In this document: piece after piece, positions 38,711 to 50,900 of the stretch
Position numbering within the stretch: the stretch's first letter is position 1
Layout of the letters: every line of letters starts with the position of its first letter
Assembly: GCA_024137785.1 (NCBI GenBank)
Contig: JAHRHZ010000274.1
Span: forward strand, 15,098,387-15,162,386
Length of the DNA: 64,000 nt
DNA from: Ginglymostoma cirratum
Lineage: Eukaryota
Direction of reading: 5' to 3'
Position numbers and translations under genes: made by a program
The notes under the pieces: model-generated
What the model saw: only the letters and a program-made list of their open reading frames with translations
Databases searched by the model: none
What the model was told of the DNA's origin: nothing

Positions 38711-39612
38711 TATTCCACATTTCTCTGTAAACTTTCTCCAAAATTATGGCATAAAACAAGGCAATCATTTTTCATCTCTTTTAGCACACTATCATGATGG
38801 TTAAGTGAATCTTTTGAACAACAATTCAAACCACAAAATACCAGTGCAATATTAACTATTTCACACCTGTTGGATAGGAATGCTGGAACATTCACCGTCT
38901 CATATCCTGATTCGACTAAAGGTCAGAATTGAGAAGTGCGGTCAGAGCTCCAGAAATGTCATCCTCTTCAATCTTACCAACTGAAAACAGCAACACTTTC
39001 AAAATGTCAAAGGTCAAGTAAAAATATGCCACTGATTATAGCATGCAAACCTTCCTCATGTGCCATCTGTTGCACATACCATTGACCCTGCTATCTGATT
39101 CTAATCCCAAATAAAGTAGTGTTATGAGGAAAAGTATGAATATTGAACTTACTTGGTTTGTAATTTGAACCTAGATTGGCGTATTTATGGGGGTTGAATG
39201 TTCATTTCATGCTACAATGTTCTTAGTCTTATAATTTATGGTCCCAAAAGAACTATGCTCACTAGGCTAATTTTTTGCCCACTCCACCAACACTACTAAA
39301 TGATTTAAGTGACACAATCACATGAAGAACATTAATGGAAATCAACATAGAGTTGATATTAATCCTCCTTATTACAATCAGCATTTGGATATTGCCACAT
39401 GCTAATACAAAAACTAGCAACTCAATAATACTAATTAACACAGGAACAATAATGTGATTTTAATGTACGTGGCTTCTTGAATGGTTCAGCTGTAAATAAG
39501 AGAGTGAACCACACAAATTGGGGTAGTCTCAGTTTCAAACTGAGACCCGTAAAAGGTGAGCTTATCCCAATAGTTGAGGTGCCGCAACTAGAAAAGGGCA
39601 AGATAGTTCCTG

Positions 39613-39698
39613 AGATAACAAGGTGTGGAGCTGGATGAACACAGCAGGCCAAGCAGCATCATAGGAGCAGGAAAGCTTGATGTTTCGGGCCTAGGCCC
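39613..39698 (-). mobile_element. Short PLE family-B insertion
   Basis: Near-identical to 55492-55565; possible 6-bp TSD ttcctg at 39607-39612 and 39699-39704; ends in the palindrome gggcctaggccc. Confidence 0.88.
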
Positions 39699-40630
39699 TT
39701 CCTGCTTTGATTATTATTGAGTTGCGTAGTGTGAAACTATAAGATGGCGCATGTCGAGGAAGCAAGGATTGAATGGGGATAAAAGGCTTCAGGTTTATGC
39801 TTGAAGTAGGATCTTGCATTTACGAATGTGTTTCACATTATCAAAAGGCCCAAAGTGCTCCACAGACAATGGATTACTTTTTGGGTAGTAATCCCAGTTG
39901 TTCTATCAGCAAAAGTAACAAATAATTTCCAGAGTAAAGACCAACATACTGCAAGTATTGCACTATTGCAATTACATGATGTCTAAAAAGGCTTACTGTA
40001 AGCGAAGCATAGTCACTTTTGCAATGTAGGAAACACAGCAGTGAATTTGCCTACAGCAAGGTCACACAAACAACAATGTGATAATGGATCATAATGCTGG
40101 ATTTACTTATAGATGTACTGAACTTTTAATTCTATTGGGTTTTACAAGAGGACATATAGCCAAAATATAACAGCAAATGTAAATTTAGTGACTGGCAGAG
40201 ACCTGAGAGCAAACATGGAACATCACACCTGAGGAGATGCCAAGGGAAATTCAAACAGCAACCCTTCAAACATAAATGTGAAATTCAAACCAAAGTTGAC
40301 TAATTGCCTCTGGTAGTAAAGATAATAAGAGGTCAACTATCTTTCTCAGCAGAAAGTCAACTCCTGTGGAACAAGACCCAAACCATAGACACGTCTGTGT
40401 TTTACCCTTCCAGGGACATACAAAAAAAATATAGAAACCAAATGCAAAGCCAGATCTGTGTGTGCTGTAATCTAGTGTGGACTGATGTACTGTGAGGTTC
40501 ACTGCCTGAGGACAGCCGTTAGACAAACGGGTGCTGCAATTATTTATTCACTCTCTTGCTCTCTCACTCTGACTACTGGAAGCTAGACAAGCCAGTGAAA
40601 CCCTGTCAAAAAGGAAATATGGCAAAAGCT

Positions 40631-40728
40631 TGAGATAACATCATGTGGGGCTGGAGGAACACAGCAGGCTGGGGAGCATCAGGGGGGCCGGAAAGTTGAA
40701 TATCAGGTCAGGACCCTTCTTCAGAAAA
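40631..40728 (-). mobile_element. Older PLE family-B terminal fragment
   Basis: gagataacatcatgtggggctggaggaacacagcagg..caggacccttcttcagaaa. Confidence 0.8.
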
Positions 40729-40817
40729 TCTCTAAGACAAAAAGTTGTCAGCTAATTTGCCAAGCAAAAAACCTGAAATGACTGTCTCACTTCCAATGAC
40801 AGCAATATCAGTATTAA

Positions 40818-41723
40818 GGGGAGGCGAGGGCCTAGTGATATTATTGCTGGACTGTTAAACCAGACATCCAGATAATGTTCTGGGGACCTGGGTTTGAAAC
40901 CCACCATAGGCAGACTGTGAAATTTGAAGTCAATAAAAAATATCTGGAATTAAGAATCTAATGATAACCATGAATCCATTGTCGAATTTTGGAAAAATTC
41001 ATCTGGTTCACTAATGTCCTATAAGAAAAGAAAGCACCATCCTTGATAACAAGGTGTAGAGCTGGATGAACACAGCAGGCCAAGCAGTATCNNNNNNNNN
41101 NNNNNNNNNNNNNNNNNNNNNNNNNNNNNNNNNNNNNNNNNNNNNNNNNNNNNNNNNNNNNNNNNNNNNNNNNNNNNNNNNNNNNNNNNNNNNNNNNNNN
41201 NNNNNNNNNNNNNNNNNNNNNNNNNNNNNNNNNNNNNNNNNNNNNNNNNNNNNNNNNNNNNNNNNNNNNNNNNNNNNNNNNNNNNNNNNNNNNNNNNNNN
41301 NNNNNNNNNNNNNNNNNNNNNNNNNNNNNNNNNNNNNNNNNNNNNNNNNNNNNNNNNNNNNNNNNNNNNNNNNNNNNNNNNNNNNNNNNNNNNNNNNNNN
41401 NNNNNNNNNNNNNNNNNNNNNNNNNNNNNNNNNNNNNNNNNNNNNNNNNNNNNNNNNNNNNNNNNNNNNNNNNNNNNNNNNNNNNNNNNNNGATACTGCT
41501 TGGCCTGCTGTGTTCATCCAGCTCTACACCTTGTTATCTCAGATTCTCCAGCATCTGCAGTTCCTACTACCTCTGAAGCACCATCCTTACCTGTTCTGGC
41601 CTACATGTGACTCCAGACCCACAGCAACGTGGTTGACTCTGAATTGCTCTCTGGGCAGTTAAGGATGGTCAATAAATGCTGCCTAGCAGCGATGCCCTCG
41701 TCCTCTTAATAAGAAAAGAAAAA
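40818..41723 (+). mobile_element. tRNA SINE family 2, full length, interrupted by a PLE hairpin
   Basis: Head ggggaggcgaGGGCCTAGTGAta..GGGTTTGAAACCC; the body continues seamlessly across the TSD; A-rich end. Confidence 0.85.
41045..41575. mobile_element. Fold-back PLE family-B insertion with 13-bp TSD and a central 400-N gap
   Basis: 41045-41091 is the exact reverse complement of 41492-41538; aagcaccatcctt at 41032-41044 and 41576-41588; Ns at 41092-41491. Confidence 0.9.
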
Positions 41724-41744
41724 TAAATCAACTTAATGGCTGCA

Positions 41745-42095
41745 ATATACACAATCTTCTCTTCACGGAATCCAGAGTCTGATTTGTATATTTTTCTTAA
41801 CTGTTATCTCTTTACTCAATTTAGTTTTCTAACCTGTGCGTACGTGTACTGCATTTTATTATTTTTCTCATGTTTTGTACCCAATAAGCATAACCTTTCT
41901 TTAACTCAAGAAAGCTTCGTTGATTTGACTCACTTTAAAACAAACACATTTGGATTGAGGAAAGGTATCTGTGAGGGAAGAAATCCTTTACTGCAACCAA
42001 CTGAAAGAGGGGTTGACTTGAAATGGGGAGCCAATTCATTCCTCCTCACCTGGAAATGTAGCTACTTGACAGTATCTGATCTGGAATTGCAAGAA
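41745..42095 (+). mobile_element. Old LTR-like repeat fragment, homologous to ~47165-47528
   Basis: Shared blocks in the same order: cagag(t/a)ctgat(t/c)tgtatat, ttctaa(c/t)ctgtg(c/t)(gt)acgtgt, aactca(a)gaaa, gaaaggt and ggagcca. Confidence 0.5.
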
Positions 42096-42263
42096 CTGGG
42101 GACCCTGGCCTGGGGACCTTTTGAAACACCAGATAATCTGTCTGCGTCATTTTGCTTGAGGTTTAAATTTTAGTCGACACTTCAGAGATAACTTTCCTGT
42201 TCGTCATCATGGGATTTGTCCACCTGTAAGGACACATGGGATCTCATCTTAACACACCATTCA

Positions 42264-42592
42264 GGGCAGCATGGTGGCTCAGTGGTTAGCACAGCTGCCT
42301 CACAGCACCAGGGACTTAGGTTCGATTCTTGCCTCAGGCGACTGTCTGTGCGGAGTTTGCACATTCGCCCCTTGTCTATGTGGGTTTTCTCTGGCTGCTC
42401 TGATTTCCTCCCACAGTCCAAAGATGAGCAGGTATAGGTGGATTGGCTGTGCTAAATTGCTCATAGTGTCTTGGGATGTGCAGGCTAGCTGGATTAGCCA
42501 TGGGAAATGCAGGGTTATAGGGGGTTAGGGCTGGATGGAACCCTCTTTGGAGGGTTGGTGTGAACTTGATGGGCCAAATTGTAGCAATTCTA
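42264..42592 (+). mobile_element. HE1-type V-SINE, full length, nested in a minus-strand Deu-SINE remnant (~42183-42740)
   Basis: gggcagcatggTGGCTCAGTGGttagcac..GGTTCGATTCttgcc followed by the V-domain. Confidence 0.92.
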
Positions 42593-42937
42593 CATCTGGG
42601 AGACAGCACCTTTGCTAGTGCTACACTGGTACTGTATTCTGATGTCAGCTTTGACTTCTGTTCTCAAGTCCTAGAGCATAACTTAAGCTCACAAGTTTCT
42701 GACTGAGAGGAAAGAATTATACCAATAGAACCTTAGCTGACATAGTCAAAGTTGCTATTTAACTACTCACAATAAGTTCAGCATTTTTGACCTTAAAATA
42801 ATGGACCCATAGTCAAAAGTTTGAAAATTACACTTCATTTTGTTACAGGAAAGATAAAATACAGAGACAATGTGACTGTTTGGGATTAAGAAATACAAAT
42901 ATTGCCTCCTTTCCATTTTGTAGAGCTGCAGTGTCAT

Positions 42938-43055
42938 ATATGGATGATGATGGGATAGTGTAGGGGGATGGGCTTAGATTAGTTCACAGGGCGGCGCAAC
43001 ATCGAGGGCCGAAGGGCCTGTTCTGCGCTGTATTGTTCTATGTTCTATGTTCTAT
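42938..43055 (+). mobile_element. Very short 3' end of the young CR1 subfamily
   Basis: Differs from 5426-5536 at only about 2 positions; (gttctat)n tail. Confidence 0.95.
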
Positions 43056-44199
43056 TCTTGTGTTATGTTTTAAAACTCCACCTGATTGACGGAGAACTTG
43101 ACTCACTGTAGGAAATTCATGATGTGTTTCACAGAAAGGAGTACTCAATGCATTTTGGTCTAAGGTTATTCAAAACCCCCAGCCTGACCGTTCATCTTTA
43201 TTTCAAAATGAAAGTGGGTGGAAATTAATTGAACACTTTACAAGAACAGGAAATTACTCTCTAAAGGCACAAAGCCTCTAAAAATCAGATTAGTTCAATG
43301 AGATGAACAGCTGAAGAGTAGCAAAGGGAATTTGGAACTCAAAAGTATAATATTGAATGTAATTAGTGAATCTGTAGCAGAAATGAAGTGCCTTTTCGAG
43401 ACTATTTTATTTGTTTAACACCTTTGCTTGTATCAAATTCCCTTCCTATTTCCTTAAGATGTCATGTTGGGGTTAGTTCCTCTTTATAGTCCAATACTAA
43501 AGTGGGCAAGCTTCTGTTAGCCAGTTTTCTGCTGTCTTATATGAATTGCTGACTATCATCATGAAGCCCATTTCAGTTCAGGTGTGTTAATAATGGTATT
43601 CTGCCCCATCACCTATAACTTTGGAATCATGCCAAACTAGTTTTTGCAACCTCTGGTCATTATTTGACAGTAATGGTTTGTCTAAGGATTTTAGTCTAAT
43701 TTCTTCAGTATGTGATGACACCTATTTTGTTGGACTTATTCAACTTATTTGCTGATCATTCAATGTGAAAAAGGGTGATTATAATTGAGCTTCCATTTCT
43801 CCTACAGAAAGTTATTGAGAATAGAAGGTTATCCATCTTTCAAACTCTTGAAAACTTGTTCAATTTGAAACTGGTCTGTTAGTACCCACCGAAGAATTTA
43901 AAATTACTTAGTTGTCGCATACTTCTTTTCAACTGGACCAGAGATTAGCAGTGTTTAACTTCTTTGTTCTCTTGCTTTTCTTGCTGATGTTGGTGAAACC
44001 TCTTCTCAGTACTCATGTGCAAACAGAAGGGAAAAACTCCAATAATAGGATTGCATTCTGTTTGTTGGAGCACCAATACGGATTCTTATATCCAAGTAAA
44101 TATTCCATAATGAGACTGGGATTAAAATCTCTGAATCCATCTCCTTACTAAGTGAGTCAAGTATGTCAATGTCAACTATTTTTTTCCAGGACTCCCTTC

Positions 44200-45350
44200 T
44201 AACTTCAAATCACCCTCCAAATTCAGGGACAGTTCCTATCACAGTATCCAATCAGCATTAATTTGTCACAGTGTCTCAGTGTATCTGAATGTGCTGTTAC
44301 TGATCCCTTTTCCGTTAGCTGCCAGTCTCATTTCGTATTCTCTATTTGATCTCTTATTCATTTTCTTTAATTTCCCTCTGAAATTATTTTCAGTCTGGTC
44401 ATCTATTGTGTACAGTGTGTTTTTATTCTTCATCTTAATCTTTACTTTTGCCATTGAGAGATCTCTGGATTATTTGGTCTACTTTTCCTCTTTGTGCAAA
44501 TATACTTTGACTATTTCTGAACTCTTTTTTCTTAAAGGTCTATTGGTCAGTTACAGTTGTGCCTGCTAATCTTTGATTCGAGTATATCCGAACCAAATCT
44601 TGCTACATTGATTAACTCTAGTTAATCATTTTTACCCTGGATTATTATTTATTGATTTCTGTTGCTAAAATTGTTTGATACAATGAACATTGTCCTTTAA
44701 ATTTTCTCCTATGAACACTTGATCCAATTGGTTGACCTCATTCCTAAGAATGATGATGCCTGTCCCATTGGATTGGAATCATATTGCTGTCAAAAAGTTT
44801 TCTCAAAACACTCTAGAAACTCCTACCTATCTCTGCCCTTTACAGGACTATTATTCAGCCTGTACTCAGTCCCTCTTTATACTTACCCAGTAATGCGTGC
44901 ACTTCTCTTACCTTGGAAATTTGTTTCTTTATATCTTTCCCATTAGGTGATAGCCTATCTTGATGCTTGACCAATGTAATTATACCTTTGTTCCTTAGCT
45001 CTAGCCAAATAGGTTCTGCTCTTGACCCCACTGTGGCATCCCATCTCTTCAGCACTGCAATGTTTCCAATAATATCAGCCTGCCTTCCTTCCTTTCCTAT
45101 CTTCTCTGAACACCTTGTATCCAAGAATATTTATGTTGTGCCTTTCTTTGAGCTAAGTCTCTGTTAGAGCCACAAGATCATATTTCCAGGTGGTAATCCG
45201 CGTCTGTAGTTTGCCAATCTTATTTATCACATTCTGCACATACACATACAAACACAGTAACTTATTAGTTTCTCCTTTACCCTGAACTCACCTAATGATT
45301 TACTATTCCCTACTCTAGTCATATCTGTCTCTTAGAATTGTGTGCACCTT
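44200..45350 (-). mobile_element. Decayed CR1 ORF2 N-terminal (endonuclease) region
   Basis: Minus ORFs read AEPIWLELRNKGIITLV..RLSPNG (cf. ESIWVELRNKKG..YRPPN) and REYEMRLAANGKG..FRY. Confidence 0.7.
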
Positions 45351-45603
45351 GCTATTCCTTTCTGATACTGAACAACTAATAAATCGGATTCTACAAAACT
45401 GCAAGTAAGGAATGAAGAATGTCATTATCACAAATCTGACCCTGAATTATTACGATCATTTTTAACATATAATTTCAAAACATGCTTTTCAAAAGAAGCT
45501 GCAAAAATGGTTGCAAATGTAAATCAAGTCATTGTCTGGAATGAGAACGTCACACTTCAGGATATGAAGGGGACTTTAAACAACAATCCTTCCAAGAGGG
45601 ATG

Positions 45604-46172
45604 AATCATTGAGTCATAGAGTCATAGAGATGTATAGCACAGAAACAGACCCTTCAGTCTGACTCATCCACGCCAAACAGGTATTCAAAATTAATCAATT
45701 CCAGTTGCCAGCATTTGGCCCACATCCCTCTCAACTATTCCTATTCATATACCCATCCGAATGCATTTTAAATGTTGCAATTGCACACACTTCCACCACT
45801 TCCTCTGGCAGCTCATTTCATACACGACCACCATCTGTGTGAAAATGTTGCCCCTTAGGTCCTTTTTAAATCTTTAACCTTAAACCTGTGCCCTCTAGTT
45901 TTGGACTCCCCACCCCAGGGAAAATAACTTGGCTATTCAATCTATCCATGACCCTTATGATCTTGTAAATCTGTATAACATCATCCCTCAGCCTTCAAAG
46001 CTCCAGGGAAAATAGCCACAGTTTTTTCAGTCTCTACCTATGGCTCAAACCCTCCAAACCTGGCAACATCCATGTAAATATTTTCAGCACTCTTTCAAGT
46101 TTAACAACATCTTTTCAGTAGCAGGGAGACTAGACTTGCACACAGTATTCCAAAAGTGGCCTAACCAATGTA
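45604..46172 (-). mobile_element. CR1 LINE 3' fragment
   Basis: (gagtcata)n tail; minus strand LVRPLLEYCVQV; same subfamily as 53441-54402. Confidence 0.92.
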
Positions 46173-46205
46173 CTGGGCATGTCAAAGCATACTGAAATAT
46201 GATTT

Positions 46206-46619
46206 ATAACATAGTGTGGAGCTGGAGGAACACAGCAGGCCAAGCAGCATCAGATGAGCAGGAAAGTTGACATTTCAGGTCAGGACCCTTCTTCAGAAAT
46301 GGGCAGGAGGAAGGGAGTTCAGAAATAAATAGAGGATAGGTGGGGCAGGGGAAGGTAGGTGGGATTGTGATAGGTGAGTGCAGGGAGGGAATGGTGGGCA
46401 TTGATCAGTGAGATGAGAGGGGCAGATAGATGGAAGAGAAGATGGACAGGTTGTGTCAGATCAAGGAGGCAGGGATGAGAGGGAGCGTTGGTCATGGGAT
46501 GAGGCTGGGGGGTGGGGAGATTTTGAAACTGGTACAGCCTACATTTAGGCCATTGGGCTGTAGACTCCTGAGGCAGAATAGGACGTCTCTGTCTCCAGCA
46601 TCTGCAATTCTTACTGTTT
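46206..46619 (-). mobile_element. PLE family-B 3' fragment with inverted terminal ~30 nt and 14-bp TSD
   Basis: Minus strand encodes the ORF C-terminus FCLRSLQPNGLNVGCTSFK (~46523-46580), then the 3'UTR. 46592-46619 is the element tip in the opposite orientation. TSD ctgaaatatgattt (46192-46205) / ctgaaatgtgattt (46620-46633). Confidence 0.88.
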
Positions 46620-46633
46620 CTGAAATGTGATTT

Positions 46634-47528
46634 CCTGTGACTATAAAGATATTGAAGGGCTGACCATCCTCTGCACAACATCAGGCCATGCCCTTGCATT
46701 TATGGTCCCAAAGTGCAGATACATTTTATACTTTTATCTTTAAGCAATATACAAGGATAAGGGTTAAAAAGCCAGGTTCAATTCAATCTGTCTTTGCTAC
46801 TGGGACTGAACATTCCTTCATGCCAGCTGGCTAAGGTACCCAAGTGTATTAGCCTCGGTTCAAGCATCAGCGTGCTATGAAGATCACAGTCAAAGACCTA
46901 TCCCCAAGTCATCCCTATCTTACAGGTAAAGGGATTCCTGCAGTCTGAGTACAAGCAGCCAGTGAGCCAAAAAGTAAGATAAAAGGAAACAGGACAAAAA
47001 AAGTGGACTTCTGCCTCATCATGAACTGCTGGAACTTGGATATAGTCAAAAGGAATAATAACCATAGGATCACAACCAACCTGAAAAACTAACAAACAAT
47101 CTTCAAATCCACTGTTCAACTACCAATGTCAATGCCACCAGTAACGTCCATGTAACAGTTGTGAAATGCTACTATCTGCTTCTAATGAACAATTCAGAGA
47201 CTGATCTGTATATCTTCTTTTTAAAATTTTATCATTTTAGACTCACTTTTTATTTCTAATCTGTGTACGTGTGTTGAATTACTAATTCCTCACACATTAG
47301 TAAATAATAAATTCACTCTTTTGAACTCAGAAAAGTCAGATTAAATTGGCTCCTTTTAAAATAGGAGTTCATTTAGGTCTAGCTGAAAGGTGTTTACAAG
47401 GGAAGGGATCTAGTTTTAAATTAACTTTGTTGTCATCAACCAAGATGGGGGCAGATGAATAAAGAAGAGGAGCCAGTACATTTCTGCTCTCCTGGGTGAT
47501 TTGGGGTATCTCATTTAGAATGGTGACA
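46634..47528 (+). mobile_element. Probable solo LTR or LTR-like repeat (may start at ~46180, before the PLE insertion)
   Basis: Its 3' half is homologous to 41745-42095; contains AATAAA (~47306) and ends ..ggtgaCA. No TSD was found. Confidence 0.4.
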
Positions 47529-47574
47529 TGTTAGGAAATCTCACCTGAGGTCTGGGTGTAGTTAAAACTACATG

Positions 47575-47935
47575 TTTTGATTGAAAATAATCTCAATGTT
47601 CTCTCACAATCTTCCGAGAGATCTGCACTCCTCTAATGCTGGAATCTTGAGCAACCCAATTCTAATCACCCAACTCCCCATTGATGCCTGTGACTTCACG
47701 AACCTTCGCATTAAGCTTTGGAATTCCTTCTATACAACTCGCCACAGCAGTCCATCTCTTTAGCTCACTCTCCTCCTTTAAGAAGCTCTTTCAATCCTGT
47801 CTTTTTGACTAATCTTCTAGTCATCGACACTAACATCTTTTTCGATCAGTCACATGTCATATCATGTTATACATTGTACTTGCAAAGTGTCTGGGAATAT
47901 TTTATCACATTTACATGCTATATGAGCTACAAGAA
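47575..47935 (+). mobile_element. L2 3' remnant
   Basis: ctgcactcctctaatgctggaatcttg..ctttggaattcctt..ctcctttaagaagctc, similar to 18060-18200 and 32640-32740. Confidence 0.55.
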
Positions 47936-50900
47936 TATATTTTGCACTCATTTCAGCTGGCATGGTATCAGGAGTGGTACAACTGGCCTCAGTGCTCCCA
48001 GGTAAGGGAAGGAACAATTACTTTTGTATCCTGTTCTTGATCATTAACCAGTGTGCAGGGTGAGAAGCATTTACATGCGGACATTGGGTAACAAGAGGAT
48101 TAAGCTTCAATGTGATGCTCCAGATAGTTGGAAATGCTACTAACACACAGCCTGTTCCATATGAAGAATGATAAAATAGGCAAGGCATTGAAGATTACCA
48201 ATAAAAGGAGGGACTTCCCTCAGGTGAGAATGGGAGGGAAAACATTCTTGTTCATGCAGGAAACAGACTGGTGCAAAAGAGATCAGCATGGAGTGGTTGG
48301 TGTACATGTCCCATTATCTCTTACTTGGTGTCAAGCCGAGGAAGAAGAAAAGATCAAAGAAATTATTTCAGTTATGATCTCAACAATCAAGTCATTGAAC
48401 AACATCTTCAAGCCAGTTCAAAAATGTTACAAACTTTACAATTAACCCCACAACAATTACCACCTGAACTTGTCCAATTGTCTTTGGTCAGGCAAGATTA
48501 CACAAATTGTTTAGTCTCTAATGTGGTTGTTGAGAGTGACGTTACAATAATGGGGCTTCACTGCATTGTTATTAATCAAACGGGAGCTGAAAAGAACAAC
48601 ACGAAAATGCAGAACTGAAGTGCCACCTTGACCAACAAAATCATTATTTCAAGTTGCTGTGTCAGTAGAGAGACATGTGAAATGGGGATGGCATAATAGA
48701 GCGACGTTGATTTGTGCGCTGCATTTATTACTGTCAATAATCAGCACTGATCAAAATCTTTTCTATCAAATCTGTTGTGAGAAATAACCTTCTTACCACA
48801 CTGTTAGTATAAGTTAGTATCTTTAGAATTCAATTCAACCTTGGGTTGATTTATTTATTGTCATGTGTATTTTGTTACAAAATACAGTGAAAAGTGTTGT
48901 ATAGTGTAGCCACTCTCTTGGCCATCTTAAAACACAGAAAAATAAACCAAAACTTAGAATATAGAGGCAGAAAAATTAAGAAATAAAGACCCTGAGTTGA
49001 GCTTCAAACCTCACATCCTATCCTTCACCAAATTCACCTTTCCTTTACAATGTTGCCTCCCTGCCCTTGCTGTGTTCTCACATTCTCAGATTATTTGTGT
49101 CTTCATTGCTCTCATTTGGAGGATTCAAATGTTCTTCTGAAGTGAGTTTAGTGACAGAGCAGGGTGGGAGATTTGGCATTTAACCATGAGAAGGGTGGTG
49201 AGAAATAACCACCCAATCACCCACCTTCCCATTTCCATCCCAAATTAAGCTCAGTGTCGAAGGCTTGTGGGCAGCTTTCCCATTCCCAATGCCAAGTGAG
49301 GATCATAAGTGAGGGACTGAGGCTCACTTAAGGGCCTCATCCCACCCACACCTGTATTCTCCTATCGGAGGAGTTGTCATGTGGAAAGACCAAAAAGTGC
49401 AAAATCCATTTCAATACTAGCTTTCTGATCGCTTCTTCTAATCTGCCAGAGCTATCTGTATCCAAAGTCTTTGCTGATATATGTATTCTATGCACATGTA
49501 ACTAACTGACACATTTAAAACTGGCAGGTAACAAGGTATTGTCAGGGTAGGCGTTAATATGATCAGTGATTATTTTAGAAACATCAATTTTCATTATTTT
49601 CAGACTCCTCCACAATACAAAATGCAAACAGGTTAGTAAAGTGTTAACCTGAAGAGGCATCAGAGAAAGTTACCTCATGTCTGATAAAAGGACTCTGTTT
49701 GTTAAAGCCTGTTATTGTTCAGCTGCAGACAATATTAAAAATATCCTAATAACACTTCAGCTGTGTTATTATTGTGTGTGGAGTCTCCTCCACCTGTGTG
49801 CAAAGCTGTTATTTATGTATTGTATTTTAAAGCCTCATCTTTAAAATTCAAATGATAGCATCTTTTTTGTTTTGAAGTCTATTGTGATGAGTGAAAAAGT
49901 AAATTAGCATTAAGAAAAAGACCTGTTGGAGTGATTTTTGTCAAATATTGGGGGACGTAAGGTCAGTGACGACTTAAAATTCTTTTGTTTAATTTAGTCA
50001 CAAATGCATTACTGTATGACAATTTAATGTCCCCTATTTAACACAGGTTAACACCTCTGATTAAACTGTAGACAGAGACATTTCATCGCTGTGCGTGTTA
50101 CCACTACTGCACGGTGTCATTTTAACCCTCAAGGTTTCATAACTGCGTTTCGTAGCAATTATCTCGCGGCTGGGCAATGCAGTTCTTGGAATAACAGGGA
50201 ACAGTTATATATAGAAATGAGTAGGAAGTGACTTGAGATTTTATAAATCAAAGGGAATTAATAGATTGTAAAGAGGGAGTTCTGCTCATTAGAGAATTAT
50301 TTAAAATGAACACTATTTGCTTGGACAAAATTCATTCTTCAAGCATTAAGCGGTCTCTACTTATTGGAGTGATGGGCAACAGGTCGTCTTTGACTTGGGG
50401 CACCTGGTGCCAGTATTGAGTGCTCTCAGGACCAGGAATAGCAAAAACAGACTCAGAGTGCATTGCTTCCTCTACCTTACCTTAAACCAGCCTAAGAGAA
50501 GCAGACATTGCATTGGTGTGGTGACACTTACCCCACTTCACCAATGAGTCATCCGGTGACTGAGACTGAGTAACCATTTCACAGGTGATAAGTACTACTG
50601 GCAAATGGAGACAAGTCTGTCTTATTAGTGCAGGCCAGACTTAAACTCAGTTCTCAACAGAAAAAGCATTTGTCTAACCCACTGCACCAACCATTAACAT
50701 AGAGAGCAGTTGTATATTTATAGGGATGTCCCTACTTATGCTTCATGTGATTCAAGAATAAGACTCAATTGTATTGAACATGTGAAGTGAAACAAGACGT
50801 CATGAGTGCCTGTTTTTATCCCTTATTTACCTGTTTACCAATTTAATAATGGAAGCACATAACTCGGAAACACAGAAGAAAAACATAAGCTTTTTTCATT

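Noticed and set aside
39526-39546. 21-bp palindrome gtctcagttt-c-aaactgagac
   Set aside because: Isolated short inverted repeat with no supporting context; occasional 10-bp stems are expected in 64 kb.
41011-41662. Long ORFs in the track (also 55506-56052 and 15750-16180)
   Set aside because: Artefacts of translating through N runs.
42264-42340. tRNA gene (also at ~32400-32450, 58744-58815, 6800-6862 and 40818-40905)
   Set aside because: The A/B boxes are SINE heads that continue into SINE bodies; no complete cloverleaf or pol III terminator.
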